Below, piece by piece: positions 27,222 through 40,530 of a stretch of DNA of 64,000 nucleotides. The position numbers and the translations under genes were made by a program. The notes beneath the pieces were generated by a model. That model was not told the DNA's origin. It saw only the letters and a program-made list of their open reading frames with translations, and ran no database searches. This DNA is from Anaerolineae bacterium. Lineage in GTDB: Bacteria; Chloroflexota; Anaerolineae; Aggregatilineales; J027. Position 1 is the stretch's first letter; each line of letters starts with the position of its first letter. The stretch spans positions 1,971 through 65,970 of the forward strand of contig JAJTXY010000018.1 of NCBI GenBank assembly GCA_021463865.1, given 5' to 3'.

Positions 27222-29573
27222 ATGGAAGCCCTGACCCAAATTGCTTTAGATGCTCTGCCGTGTAAATTGGTATGGTTCATTGCGCGTCGTGAACAATTTT
27301 TGTATACCCATTCAATCAGCGCGAGTGGTGGCCCCGATACCGAAAATTTGTTTTTGTGGCTTATTTACAGCTATTGGCCTGATAAGCGCTTCCCCTATAA
27401 GCACAGTGATAACCCGCTGGCTGAAATCTTGCTCAACAATGTGTCACTGGTCAATCTCCACGCCGATCAATTAAAGACGGTTAATGGAGGAGCGCCCATT
27501 GCAAAGGCCCTAAAGCAGCTTGAACTGGATTACATCAGTATTTTTCCGGTGATGGGGTCACATGACGAACCGCTCGGCCTGCTGGTGACGGCTGCCTCCC
27601 AAGATGAAATATTGGATGACGGGCCATCGCAAAAAATGACCCAACTCCTATGTCGCCAAGCCGTTTTGCAGCTTGAAAATGAACGACTGACGGAGAAAAG
27701 CGACATCACTGAGGCCTATCGGCGTGAACAGGAATTGGAGCAACAGACCAAACGTCTCGAAGCTCTCAATCAAGCCTCCCGTGCGATTAGTTCCGCGCTG
27801 TCCCTGCCAGAAGTTGTAGAAACGATTCTGTCGTCTGCAAAACAGGTTGTGCAAAGTGTAGTCGCTTCAATTTTGCTGCGAGATTCAGATAACCCTGATG
27901 AGTTGATTTATGTGGCGACAGTTGGACCCTATGCCGAAACACGACACGGCCAACGTATCCCATTGGGGCACGGCATACCGGGGTGGGTCGCTTTTCAAGC
28001 CCAACCACTGCTTATTCAGGATGTCGCCAACGATCCCCTGTTTGGCCCCGATACCTTTCGTGATCCCCATCTTAATATCAATTCCGTTGCGGCTGTGCCA
28101 TTAAAAAGTTCCGATACCGTGATTGGTGTGTTAGAGGTCATCAATAAGGAATTGGGGGTTTTTAACGAAGGGGATTTGGCCGTACTGGAAAGTCTTGGGG
28201 CGTCCGCTGCCGTAGCCATTCACAATGCCAGCCTCCATGACCAAACTCAACGTCGTCTAACAGAACTGGGTATCTTGTTGGAGGCGAGTGAAGCCGTCTC
28301 GACAACGATGGAATTTGAAATCATCTTGGAACACATCATTAGTCGTCTGCGAGAGACGCTTGATATCCAACGCACGTTGCTCATTACCCACGATGTTGAC
28401 CGAAATCGTTGGATTAGCCGGGCGGAAGTCGTTATCTCTATCCCCTCGAATTTGCATGATACGGTAGAAATACGCCGTACCACATGGGATAATACACAGG
28501 GGCCAGCTTGGGATTTGGAACAATATCCCATCATGCAATCGGTGGTGTCGGAAGGCCAGCCCTATTTTGTACTGGTGGATAATGACAAAAACCTGCCGGG
28601 GGATCAGGTTTATTTGCGAAGCATGGGAGTCGGGGGATGTCTGATCGTGCCGCTCATCACTTATGGGCAGATTGTCGGTCTATTGTTGTTGATGACTCAC
28701 GAACGTCGTCCCTTTGATTCCAGCGAATTTTCCTTGTGCCAAGGGATCGCCAATATCGTGGCGAACGCACTGGAAAACGTGAATCTCTATTCCTCTCTGG
28801 ATCAACGGGCTAAGGCACTCGAAAAGGCGTATCGGGAACTTGAGGATAATGACCGTATTAAAGACCAACTGCTGCAAAATCTATCACACGAACTCAGTAC
28901 CCCGCTCACGCATGTGTTAGGTTACATGAGTCTGTTGATTGACGGGCATTTTGGCGAACTGAATGTTGAGCAACTCAAAACCTCCGAGTTGGTAATTCAG
29001 AAATCACAGCGAATTGCGGATTTGGTCAAGGACATTATCGCCGCACATTCCACCAGCAGTGGGATGCTCGATTTCGCTACTGCGCGGTTGGAACAAGTGG
29101 CTACCTTAGCGGCCCGTTCGCTAAGTGGAAAGGCTGAATCTGCCAATATTCGCATCTTGCTACGTGCCCAACCCAATTTGCCATCAGTCACAATTGATCG
29201 GGTCAAGATTACCGAAGTATTTGAAGCCCTAATTGACAACGCTATCAAATTTAGTGAGGGCGGTTCAAGCATCGAAATTACGATTGTGGACACCAACTCG
29301 CCAATGGTGCAAGTCAGTGTACGAGACGAGGGCATTGGCATTCCTCCCGAAGAACATGAGCGCATTTTCCGCCGATTTTATCAAGTGGATGGCAGCACTA
29401 CTCGGCAGTATGGGGGTACAGGCTTAGGGCTTGCCATTGCTGCCAACGTCATCAAGGGGCACGGCGGTAAAATCTGGGTGGAGAGCGAAGTGGGACAGGG
29501 CGCCTGTTTCTTTTTTACCATCCCCAAAGCAACCTCACTTGCTCCGGTTGACCGTCACAAGGCATTGGCCTAA
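27222..29573 (+). CDS. multi-GAF sensor histidine kinase
   Basis: 783 aa. GAF-like repeats, H-box 'LSHELSTPLTHV', and ATPase boxes 'DNAIKF', 'DEGIGI', 'GGTGLGLAI'. Confidence 0.85.
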   Translation: MEALTQIALDALPCKLVWFIARREQFLYTHSISASGGPDTENLFLWLIYSYWPDKRFPYKHSDNPLAEILLNNVSLVNLHADQLKTVNGGAPIAKALKQLELDYISIFPVMGSHDEPLGLLVTAASQDEILDDGPSQKMTQLLCRQAVLQLENERLTEKSDITEAYRREQELEQQTKRLEALNQASRAISSALSLPEVVETILSSAKQVVQSVVASILLRDSDNPDELIYVATVGPYAETRHGQRIPLGHGIPGWVAFQAQPLLIQDVANDPLFGPDTFRDPHLNINSVAAVPLKSSDTVIGVLEVINKELGVFNEGDLAVLESLGASAAVAIHNASLHDQTQRRLTELGILLEASEAVSTTMEFEIILEHIISRLRETLDIQRTLLITHDVDRNRWISRAEVVISIPSNLHDTVEIRRTTWDNTQGPAWDLEQYPIMQSVVSEGQPYFVLVDNDKNLPGDQVYLRSMGVGGCLIVPLITYGQIVGLLLLMTHERRPFDSSEFSLCQGIANIVANALENVNLYSSLDQRAKALEKAYRELEDNDRIKDQLLQNLSHELSTPLTHVLGYMSLLIDGHFGELNVEQLKTSELVIQKSQRIADLVKDIIAAHSTSSGMLDFATARLEQVATLAARSLSGKAESANIRILLRAQPNLPSVTIDRVKITEVFEALIDNAIKFSEGGSSIEITIVDTNSPMVQVSVRDEGIGIPPEEHERIFRRFYQVDGSTTRQYGGTGLGLAIAANVIKGHGGKIWVESEVGQGACFFFTIPKATSLAPVDRHKALA

Positions 29574-29647
29574 TCTGCGAAACTTAATAATCGAGAAAAA
29601 CGTATAATGAATTTAGACCGATTTTTTGGCTAAAGGCGGGTTTATTT

Positions 29648-29989
29648 ATGCACTCATTTGGAAAATTCGTTGCGACCATGACAATTTGGTTAGCATTTTT
29701 GGGCGTGATGATCGCGGTTTTTGCCTCGGATGCCGCTACAACACTGGGAGGGGGTAATGTCGTAGCCGTGATCGCCATTTTAGCCATAGCTGCTGTATTG
29801 GGTACTGCTGCCGTGAACACTACTAGTGAACACGACTCAAGGGAGCAGGCCGAGCGCAAAAAACTCAAACGTACCGAGCAGGGCCGTATCGAACGTCTGA
29901 TGCAGTTGATGGACGAAGATGATATTGTCGAACTGGAAGAGGTGCTCAAAGAGCGCGAGGTTGCTGCGATTCGACGGATGGATAGTTGA
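29648..29989 (+). CDS. small two-TM membrane protein with charged C-terminal helix, unknown function
   Basis: 113 aa. Two hydrophobic helices, then 'EQAERKKLKRTEQGRIERLMQLMDEDDIVELEEVLKERE'. I prefer it over the Ser-rich antisense ORF. Confidence 0.5.
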   Translation: MHSFGKFVATMTIWLAFLGVMIAVFASDAATTLGGGNVVAVIAILAIAAVLGTAAVNTTSEHDSREQAERKKLKRTEQGRIERLMQLMDEDDIVELEEVLKEREVAAIRRMDS

Positions 29990-30438
29990 CAGCGGCAGTG
30001 ATGATGGATTGATGAGTTTCTCAATTCTTCCAAAGAGAAATTTGCCCTCATCAATTAAATACCTGAGGGAGTTCGCTTTGACACTCTTTTAAAAAGTGTT
30101 GAGAAAAGACAAAGTTTTTTGTTTGAGGATTCGAATCGGAGGCGATTGTTTTCTCTAAATTAGTATTGTTATGTAATACCAGATTCGGGTAAAAACGCAC
30201 TCCATCCCAAACCCTTCCCCTAACAAAGAAGGGCATCAAAACCGCCTTTACTCCCCTCCCTATGTTTGGGGAGTAGCCGAGGGTGGGGTTGAACAGCCAT
30301 GAATTACCCGATTTCCGTATCACACGTAGGATTATATGGTGTATACAGCAAATTTGGCTTGGCGGTAAACCAAAAAGGCTGCCTCCCCAAAAATCATGGG
30401 AAAACAACCTCTTTGACGATGCTACAATTACGGTAAAA

Positions 30439-31413
30439 CTAGGAAAGGAACTCGTTCAAGACAAGCTGCTGGGCCGCAAGCGCATCTTGATGATCTTGTG
30501 CGGTTTGGAGGGCCTTGAGGTCAATGCGATCTAGGATAGCATCCAAGCGACGAATGGTATTTAGGCTGGCACGGGCAGCACGCACGGGGTCTTCACGGAA
30601 GGGGAATTGATCGAGCAAGATGGGGTCTTGCCAGCCGATTTTGCGGAGCGCCAGCATATATTCCAGCGATTCAATCAAATGAACCGACCCAACCGCCATA
30701 TCGTCGTCCCATTCACGCCAATTATCATTAATTTCCACACTGGTCAGCTTGCCAAACCGATGTGCCAGTTGCACCGCTTCGGCAGGGGTTTCTTTGGCAA
30801 AAAACGAGTGACCGACATCCATGACAATCCCAACATTCGGAACTCCCATATCCTGAATCGCCAGTAGCGTCGTGGCGACATTGCAGAACGGGGTAATGTG
30901 GGTGCGTGGCTCTTTAAATTTGCACTCAATCGCAAATTGCAGATCAGGGGCAAATTGGGCCAATTCACGCACGGCACTAACCGAATAATCCCATAATTGG
31001 GCATAGTCGGCTTGAAATGGATAATCATAGCCATCCTGACCGGGCCAGAACTTCACATATTTGGGGTTCAATTGGCGGGCCGCATCAATCGCCGCCTTGC
31101 ACCGATCAATCGCCTTGCGCCGCACACTCGCATCAGGATTGGTGAACGCTCCCCGTACATATTCCTGCATATAAATATGGGGGGTCACGGCATAGGCGCG
31201 TAGTTTGGCCTTGTCAAACGCATCCTTGACCTGCTGCACAGTGATGTTATCCCCAAACGGATAATTGATGTCCACCACTTCCAATCCCCCCACCGTTCCG
31301 GCAAGGGCAATCGCTTCGAGTGTATTGACGGGTGGGCCATAGGCATCCGCCGCATAACGATCTACAAATTGACCAAACATCCATAGACCCGCACCGAATC
31401 TCAAATCTGACAT
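30439..31413 (-). CDS. xylose-isomerase-like TIM-barrel sugar isomerase/epimerase
   Basis: 324 aa. Motifs 'GLWMFG', 'VMDVGH', 'VEINDN'. It is the last gene of the sugar operon. Confidence 0.8.
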   Translation of the reverse strand: MSDLRFGAGLWMFGQFVDRYAADAYGPPVNTLEAIALAGTVGGLEVVDINYPFGDNITVQQVKDAFDKAKLRAYAVTPHIYMQEYVRGAFTNPDASVRRKAIDRCKAAIDAARQLNPKYVKFWPGQDGYDYPFQADYAQLWDYSVSAVRELAQFAPDLQFAIECKFKEPRTHITPFCNVATTLLAIQDMGVPNVGIVMDVGHSFFAKETPAEAVQLAHRFGKLTSVEINDNWREWDDDMAVGSVHLIESLEYMLALRKIGWQDPILLDQFPFREDPVRAARASLNTIRRLDAILDRIDLKALQTAQDHQDALAAQQLVLNEFLS

Positions 31414-31439
31414 AGGGTATTCCTTTTCTACTGGTTCAT

Positions 31440-32918
31440 TTACAGGACGCGCTGTACGGCTGCTTTCCAGCCCGAATAATTTTCCTCGACTGCCGATGCT
31501 GCCATCCGCGGAACGTAATCTTCAAAATGATGTGGCAATCCATCCAACATAGTGGTTGAATCGTAAACCCCCATCCCCAACCAAGCTGCCATGACCGCCC
31601 CTAACGCCGATAGCTCTGGTAAACTGGAGGCACGCACCGTCATTTGGGTGATGTCGGCCACAAATTGCATCAAAAATCGGTTATGAATCATGCCACCATC
31701 GCCATAGATGTATTGTAGGGCAATTCCCGCGTCGGCTGACATCAAATCCAGTACATCCCGAATTTGATAAGCGATGGATTCTAGGGCGGCGCGGACGATA
31801 TGGTTTTTGGTGCTGGCGGCGGTCATACCCACAATCGCGGCCCGCGCATTCGGCTGCCAATAGGGAGCGCTTAACCCCACAAACGCCGGAATCAAATAGA
31901 CACCACCATTATCTGGTACGGCTCGGGCAAGGGCCTCCGTCTCTTGGGGTGCTTCAATCAACTTCATCTGGTCACGCATCCACGCAATCGTGCCACCCGT
32001 AAAATTGGTAATGCCCTCAAACGCATAGGTGGGGCGTCCTTGATACACCCACCCCACCGTTGTGACAATGCCATTGGGGGAAAGTCGCACCGTATCGCCA
32101 ATATTGAGCAGCACCGATGACCCCGTGCCAAAGGTAACTTTTGCCATGCCCGGTTGAAAACAGCGCTCGGCAAAAAGCGCCGCCTGCGAATCTCCCATAA
32201 CTCCGCAAATGGGAATGGCTTTATCCAATAGCCCGCCCAGTGTGGTCTCGCCAAATTGGGCTGTGCTATCTATCACTTCCGACAAGGCATGGCGCGGCAC
32301 ATGGAACAATTCACACAGGGTATCGCTCCACGATAGGCTATTGATGTCATATAACAATGTGCGCGAAGCATTGGTCTGGTCGCTGAAAAATGAGCGTCCT
32401 TCCGTCAGCCGATAAATCAAATAGGTATCAATTGTGCCCAGCAGCGCCGAGCCATCCGCCAGATGTGCCCGAATTTCGGGGACATGTTCAAGTAGCCATG
32501 TAATTTTGGAGGCGGGGAAATAGGTGTCAATTTTAAGACCCGTCAACTGCTGAACGGTCTCGCTGTGGCCCGCATCCGTCAAGCGGCTGCAATAGGGTTC
32601 ACCTCGACGGCACTGCCACACAATCGCATGGTGAAGCGGCTTTCCGGTTTGGCGGTCAAACACCACAATCGTTTCGCGCTGGTTGGTGATGCTGAGACAC
32701 AGCAGATCATTTTGGATGCCGGGGTGCTGCCGCAGTAAATCGCCACAGGCCCGCAGCGTATTTTGGCAAATTTCCTCGGCATCATGTTCAACCCACCCCG
32801 GCTGTGGATAATACTGCTGATGGTCTACCGCCGTCTTGCCAAGTAGTTCACCCTGCTCGTTAAACAACATGGCTTTGGTCGAAGAGGTGGATTGATCTAC
32901 CGCAAGAACGACACTCAT
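31440..32918 (-). CDS. FGGY-family carbohydrate kinase (glycerol-kinase-like)
   Basis: 492 aa. Motifs 'AVDQSTSSTK', 'GWVEHD', 'ITNQRET', 'GDGGM'. The start overlaps the upstream stop by 4 nt. Confidence 0.85.
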   Translation of the reverse strand: MSVVLAVDQSTSSTKAMLFNEQGELLGKTAVDHQQYYPQPGWVEHDAEEICQNTLRACGDLLRQHPGIQNDLLCLSITNQRETIVVFDRQTGKPLHHAIVWQCRRGEPYCSRLTDAGHSETVQQLTGLKIDTYFPASKITWLLEHVPEIRAHLADGSALLGTIDTYLIYRLTEGRSFFSDQTNASRTLLYDINSLSWSDTLCELFHVPRHALSEVIDSTAQFGETTLGGLLDKAIPICGVMGDSQAALFAERCFQPGMAKVTFGTGSSVLLNIGDTVRLSPNGIVTTVGWVYQGRPTYAFEGITNFTGGTIAWMRDQMKLIEAPQETEALARAVPDNGGVYLIPAFVGLSAPYWQPNARAAIVGMTAASTKNHIVRAALESIAYQIRDVLDLMSADAGIALQYIYGDGGMIHNRFLMQFVADITQMTVRASSLPELSALGAVMAAWLGMGVYDSTTMLDGLPHHFEDYVPRMAASAVEENYSGWKAAVQRVL

Positions 32919-33874
32919 GATGGCTGCTCCACCTGCAACAAGGCTTGGGCGGTTGCGGCCAATCCCTCGGCGGATATGCCATAGTGATTAAAAATTTCGG
33001 CTTGGCTGCCCGTTACCGTATCCTCATCCGGGATACCCACAATATTAAATGGCACATGATAACCGCCCTGCATCAATATCGAAGCGCACGCCTCACCTAA
33101 TCCACCACAAATACTGTGTTCTTCAACGGTGATAATGGCATGGGTCTCGCGGGCAGCTTGTTTGACAGCTTCGGTATCAAATGGCTTGAGGGTGTGCATA
33201 CTGAGTACACGGCACGAAATCCCAACCCCCGCCAACCGTTCTGCCGCCAGCACTGCCGGAGCCACTGTCTCGCCACTAGCAATAAATGTGACATCGCCCC
33301 CCTCACGGAGTTTTATCGCCTTCCCAATCTCAAATGGAGTATCCGGGGTGTGCAAATCATAGACTGCCCGTTTACCAAAACGCAGATACATCGGGCGGGG
33401 ATGGTGCATCGCTGCCAAGACGGCCTGACGGGTTTCAAAGTTATCGGCAGGCACCATAATGTCAATATTATTGACGGTACGCAACGCGGCAAAATCGTGC
33501 AGCGAATGGTGGGTTGAACCCAATGCCCCATAGCTAACCCCTGCACTAATGCCAACCACGCGCACCGGATTGTTGGAATAGGCCACATCGTTTTTAATCT
33601 GTTCGAGGGCGCGGGTGGTCAAAAAGCAGGCGGGTGAGACGGCAAAAACCTTCTTGCCTGCTGAAGCCAATCCAGCCGACACCCCCACAAGGTTCTGTTC
33701 CGCAATACCGACTTCAATCAGTTGGTCAGGCAGGGTTTGACCAAACGGCACCAGCTTACCCGACCCACGTGAATCACTGGTGACGACCAGAATATTGGGA
33801 TCGTGTTGGGCTAGTTCCAAGAGGGTCGCCGCAAAAACATCTTGATTAGGTTTGCCGAGTACAAGTTCCATCAC
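32915..33874 (-). CDS. transketolase, C-terminal (pyrimidine-binding) subunit
   Basis: 319 aa with 'EVGIAEQNLVGVSAGLA'. It overlaps both neighbours by 4 nt. Confidence 0.9.
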   Translation of the reverse strand: MMELVLGKPNQDVFAATLLELAQHDPNILVVTSDSRGSGKLVPFGQTLPDQLIEVGIAEQNLVGVSAGLASAGKKVFAVSPACFLTTRALEQIKNDVAYSNNPVRVVGISAGVSYGALGSTHHSLHDFAALRTVNNIDIMVPADNFETRQAVLAAMHHPRPMYLRFGKRAVYDLHTPDTPFEIGKAIKLREGGDVTFIASGETVAPAVLAAERLAGVGISCRVLSMHTLKPFDTEAVKQAARETHAIITVEEHSICGGLGEACASILMQGGYHVPFNIVGIPDEDTVTGSQAEIFNHYGISAEGLAATAQALLQVEQPS

Positions 33875-34707
33875 ACCGCTGCCTTTAACTTCACTTCTGC
33901 CAAGTTCAATTCCTCAATCGCCTTTGCAAATTCTTCGTCGCTTGGGACACGGTGATGCCATTTCGCCGTATCTTCCATGAAACTGATTCCTTTGCCTTTT
34001 ACCGTATGCGCGAGTATCAGATTTGGCTTATTCGGGACAAACGGCACTTGCCCAAAAGCATCAATCAGAGCGGTGATGTCATTGCCGTCTACATGCCGCA
34101 CCGCATACCCAAAGGCCGTGAACTTATCCTCTAGCGGTTCAAGGCCGTTGACTTCTTCGGTACGACCAGTAATTTGAAGCGTGTTGCGGTCAATAATCAC
34201 CACTAAATTATCCAGTTGATAGTGTGCCGCCGTCATGGAGGCTTCCCAACTTGACCCCTCGGCCAACTCACCATCACCTAACAGGGTATACACGCGATAA
34301 CTGCGTCCATCTTTTTTGGCGGCGAGTGCTGTCCCGACAGCCAACGAAAGGCCATGTCCCAGCGCCCCGGTGTTTTGCTCAATGCCATATACTTTACGTG
34401 TCGGGTGTCCAATAAATTTGGACTGATATTTATTGAGTGTCGCCAATGCCTCGCGGGAATAAAATCCTTTATCCGCTAGAACGGTATACAGAGCCTCCAC
34501 CGAATGGCCTTTGCTTTGAATGTAACGGTCACGATTGGGATCGGTGAAATTTTCGGGGCTGACATTCATGACGTGGTTATAGAGGACGTTCAAAATATCC
34601 ACACAAGAGAGGCTTCCAGCAGTATGCCCGGCCCCGCTCTGTTTAATAATTTCTAAGATTGTCTTGCGATAGGCCACTGACTTTAGCTGCAATGTTTGAA
34701 CGTCCAT
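33871..34707 (-). CDS. transketolase, N-terminal (ThDP-binding) subunit
   Basis: 278 aa. Motifs 'SKGHSVEALY' and ThDP motif 'GDGELAEGSSWEA'. Confidence 0.9.
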   Translation of the reverse strand: MDVQTLQLKSVAYRKTILEIIKQSGAGHTAGSLSCVDILNVLYNHVMNVSPENFTDPNRDRYIQSKGHSVEALYTVLADKGFYSREALATLNKYQSKFIGHPTRKVYGIEQNTGALGHGLSLAVGTALAAKKDGRSYRVYTLLGDGELAEGSSWEASMTAAHYQLDNLVVIIDRNTLQITGRTEEVNGLEPLEDKFTAFGYAVRHVDGNDITALIDAFGQVPFVPNKPNLILAHTVKGKGISFMEDTAKWHHRVPSDEEFAKAIEELNLAEVKLKAAV

Positions 34708-34725
34708 CTTTCCTTATCTCCCGAT

Positions 34726-35145
34726 TTAACGTGCTTGGATTACCCCAATAGTCAGCAATATACAGGCCCATGTGCGTTGTTCACCCGTAGCAATGACCAA
34801 CGCCGTATTGACCGAGCGGGCTGCCTCATAAAAGGGGAATCGTCCTAATGTTTGAATTTCAACACCCGGCAATAATTGGCGATATTCCTGAAAAATAGCA
34901 GGTTCTGGCCCACTATCCGGCGCGATAGCATGGGCCGCCTCGACGGGAATGGTCGCCGCCAAGACCCGCACGACATCCGTTACCCGTACTAAGCCGGGAG
35001 CGAGATTCAGATAAACCCGTTCCGCTGCCGGATGCGCTCCGGTACTGAAGGGATAATTGCTGTCGGCAATTAACACCACCGAGCCATGCCCCGCCGAGGC
35101 CAGAGCTTTTAAAATCGTTGGGTGTAACAATTCGCCATGTATCAT
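34726..35145 (-). CDS. RbsD/FucU-family sugar mutarotase/pyranase
   Basis: 139 aa. 'HPTILKALASAGHGSVVLIADSNYP' matches the RbsD/FucU pattern. Confidence 0.8.
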   Translation of the reverse strand: MIHGELLHPTILKALASAGHGSVVLIADSNYPFSTGAHPAAERVYLNLAPGLVRVTDVVRVLAATIPVEAAHAIAPDSGPEPAIFQEYRQLLPGVEIQTLGRFPFYEAARSVNTALVIATGEQRTWACILLTIGVIQAR

Positions 35146-35250
35146 ATTTTATTCCCTACAACAACATGCTATAACTTAGACTTCTGTAGTGTTTGGAGAG
35201 AGAGCTACTGTTATTCAGCCCTCTCTCCGGTAGCACTTGATCTGAGGAAA

Positions 35251-35284
35251 GTGCAGGTCGCTTTCTCTCCAAAACGACCTGCAC
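35251..35284 (-). terminator. intercistronic stem-loop just after the binding-protein gene (partial terminator or mRNA stabiliser)
   Basis: Minus strand reads GTGCAGGTCG, 14 nt, CGACCTGCAC (perfect 10-bp stem), followed by TTTCCTC. A second 8-bp hairpin GGAGAGAG/CTCTCTCC lies at 35195-35228. Confidence 0.45.
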
Positions 35285-35297
35285 CCAACTCACCTAA

Positions 35298-38323
<3,026 letters not shown>

Positions 38324-38324
38324 C

Positions 38325-39872
38325 CTAAACTCCTGCTTTTACTAGCTCATGACCAATAGCGGATGCCGCGACCAATGCCTCCTCAGTCGCCTCCGCACGG
38401 GGTATCTCGGCGGTAATGCGACCTTTCGACATGACCAAAATGCGGTCAGCCATCGCTAGGACTTCTTTTAATTCTGTTGAGACAAACAGCACACCCAAAC
38501 CGCGTTGGGCAAGTTGTACCATAATCGTAAAAATTTCTTCCTTAGCGCCAACATCAATGCCGCGTGTCGGCTCATCCATCAGCAGGACTTTGGGTGACGT
38601 CAAAAGAGCTTTGGCAACCACCACCTTCTGCTGATTGCCGCCGCTGAGGGAACCGATAGGGTTATTGCGGTTAGACACTTTAATGGAGAGTTCTTCGATA
38701 TGGCGCTCAACGCTGTTTTTCTCTTTACGACCCGATAGCACAACCCTCGAAAACAGGTGATTACGTAGGCTTGCCAACAGCATGTTATGGGCCACCGAAA
38801 GCGTCTGTACCAAGCCTTCCCGCTGGCGATCTTCGGGAATGAGCATCATCCCGGATTGGATGCGTTCACGGATGGATTTGCCTTTCAGGGATTCGCTATA
38901 GAGCAAAACATCACCTGTCGCATCAGGATAAAGGCCCATCAGGGTTTCAAATAATTCAGTGCGTCCGGCTCCCATCAACCCATAAATACCTAAAATCTCG
39001 CCTGCTCGCAGCGAAAACGATACATGATCCAGCAAATAGCCTTGTGCCTTGCCGGGATGTGGCAGTGTTAAGTTTTCGACTCGTAGGGCATCATCCCGAA
39101 TTTCATGGGCGGCTGGGGTATACGCAGTCGCACTGCCCCGCCCCACCATGTTCTCTACAATCCAGCGCAGATTAATTTCTGGCATGGGGGCGGTTGCAAT
39201 CAATTGCCCGTCACGCAGCACCGTGATGTAATCGCCGATTTGTAGTAGTTCTTCGAGTTTATGCGAGATGTAAACAATCGAGACCCCCTGTGTTTTCAAC
39301 TCGCGGATGACCCGAAACAATACTTCAACTTCCGTATTGCTAAGGGCCGATGTTGGCTCGTCCATAATCAAAATTTGGGTATTGCGGGCCAGTGATTTCG
39401 CAATTTCAACGATTTGCTGCTGCCCAATCCGCAAATTGGACACGAGCGTGCGCGGTTTAATCGGCTGTTCAAGACGTTTCATCAACTCAGCCGTTTGGCG
39501 TTCCTGCTCTCGATGATTCACCAGCGACCCACCCACCGTCACTTCATGCGCCACAAAGATGTTTTCGCTGACATTGAGGTTGGGGAAGAGATTCAATTCT
39601 TGATAGATAATCCCGATTCCCAATGCTTCGGCTTCACGTGGCGACTTGGGGGCGATTTCTTTACCATTCAGGATTAATTTACCGCTGGTTACTTGTTCCA
39701 CCCCGGCAAGAATTTTCATCAGCGTAGATTTGCCCGCGCCGTTTTCACCCACCAACACGTTCACCTTGCCACGATAGATGTTAAAATCCACATCTTTAAG
39801 GGCCACTGTGCCCGGATAGACTTTTTGGACTTTTTCGGCGTGCAGGATAATGTCGTCCGTAATTGGGTTCAT
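38325..39872 (-). CDS. sugar ABC transporter ATP-binding protein (double cassette, RbsA type)
   Basis: Walker A 'GENGAGKST' and 'GLMGAGRTE'. Signature 'LSGGNQQK'. Walker B 'ILIMDEPT' and 'VLLMDEPT'. Likely start is MNPITDD, 4 nt after the upstream stop. Confidence 0.9.
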   Translation of the reverse strand: MNPITDDIILHAEKVQKVYPGTVALKDVDFNIYRGKVNVLVGENGAGKSTLMKILAGVEQVTSGKLILNGKEIAPKSPREAEALGIGIIYQELNLFPNLNVSENIFVAHEVTVGGSLVNHREQERQTAELMKRLEQPIKPRTLVSNLRIGQQQIVEIAKSLARNTQILIMDEPTSALSNTEVEVLFRVIRELKTQGVSIVYISHKLEELLQIGDYITVLRDGQLIATAPMPEINLRWIVENMVGRGSATAYTPAAHEIRDDALRVENLTLPHPGKAQGYLLDHVSFSLRAGEILGIYGLMGAGRTELFETLMGLYPDATGDVLLYSESLKGKSIRERIQSGMMLIPEDRQREGLVQTLSVAHNMLLASLRNHLFSRVVLSGRKEKNSVERHIEELSIKVSNRNNPIGSLSGGNQQKVVVAKALLTSPKVLLMDEPTRGIDVGAKEEIFTIMVQLAQRGLGVLFVSTELKEVLAMADRILVMSKGRITAEIPRAEATEEALVAASAIGHELVKAGV

Positions 39873-39876
39873 GGCA

Positions 39877-40530
39877 CTATTCCTGAATCTCGATGGTGAC
39901 CGGCACAATTTCGATTTCGCTGCGGTCTACCAACGTGAATGCCCCATAGAAACTCACGGTTTTGCCTGTGATTGTTTCAGGGTCAATCGCCGCGACTACA
40001 TCTTCCAAAACACGGTTTTTCAGGGCATTCGATACTTCAGCAAACTCGGTCTGATTGACAAAATCGTTGAATTTAATGAAACCCACCGCATCACGCACCG
40101 CGTCGTTCCGACGAGGAATCAGCGGCCCGACCAGCATCACTGCGTCAGCGGTTCCATCAAACGGCGCAAAATCGAGGCTTAACGTGCCAATCCGCAAATC
40201 TACAGCATAAGCCAGCACTTTGGCTTCCCCATAGGTCATAAAGCTGTATGCCCCCGTACCAGATCGGTGCCCATGATCTTGAATAGCCTTATTTTGATTA
40301 GCATCAATCTGGCCTAGCAAATCGGTGATTTCGATAGCCTGATCGTGGAACGTCGGAATCAGTTGGCTATCCCAGATGCTCTCGACGTATTTATTGGGGT
40401 TAAAACCAGCTTTGGCCTCTTTATCTTCCTCAAGGCTACGAATGGTGGCGATTTTGCATGACAGAAGTGTCATCATCAAAAGCACTAGCACCACGATTGA
40501 TTTTTTTGAAAAAGGAACCCGATTAGTCAT
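39877..40530 (-). CDS. DUF2291-like lipoprotein associated with sugar ABC transporters
   Basis: Lipobox-like 'LLMMTLLSC'. Likely start is MTNRVP, with ATGA overlapping the sorC-family stop. The family assignment is from memory of DUF2291 context and is not verified. Confidence 0.55.
   Translation of the reverse strand: MTNRVPFSKKSIVVLVLLMMTLLSCKIATIRSLEEDKEAKAGFNPNKYVESIWDSQLIPTFHDQAIEITDLLGQIDANQNKAIQDHGHRSGTGAYSFMTYGEAKVLAYAVDLRIGTLSLDFAPFDGTADAVMLVGPLIPRRNDAVRDAVGFIKFNDFVNQTEFAEVSNALKNRVLEDVVAAIDPETITGKTVSFYGAFTLVDRSEIEIVPVTIEIQE

Noticed and set aside
29584-30054. 156-aa minus-strand ORF overlapping the small membrane-protein gene
   Set aside because: Its translation is low-complexity and Ser/Ile-rich (STSSSSTISSSS). 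The + strand ORF has clean TM helices and a charged helix, so I preferred that one.
30051-30407. 118-aa minus-strand ORF in the 29990-30438 gap
   Set aside because: It runs through hairpin-forming, partly AT-rich intergenic sequence. It has no start context or motif and is probably non-coding.
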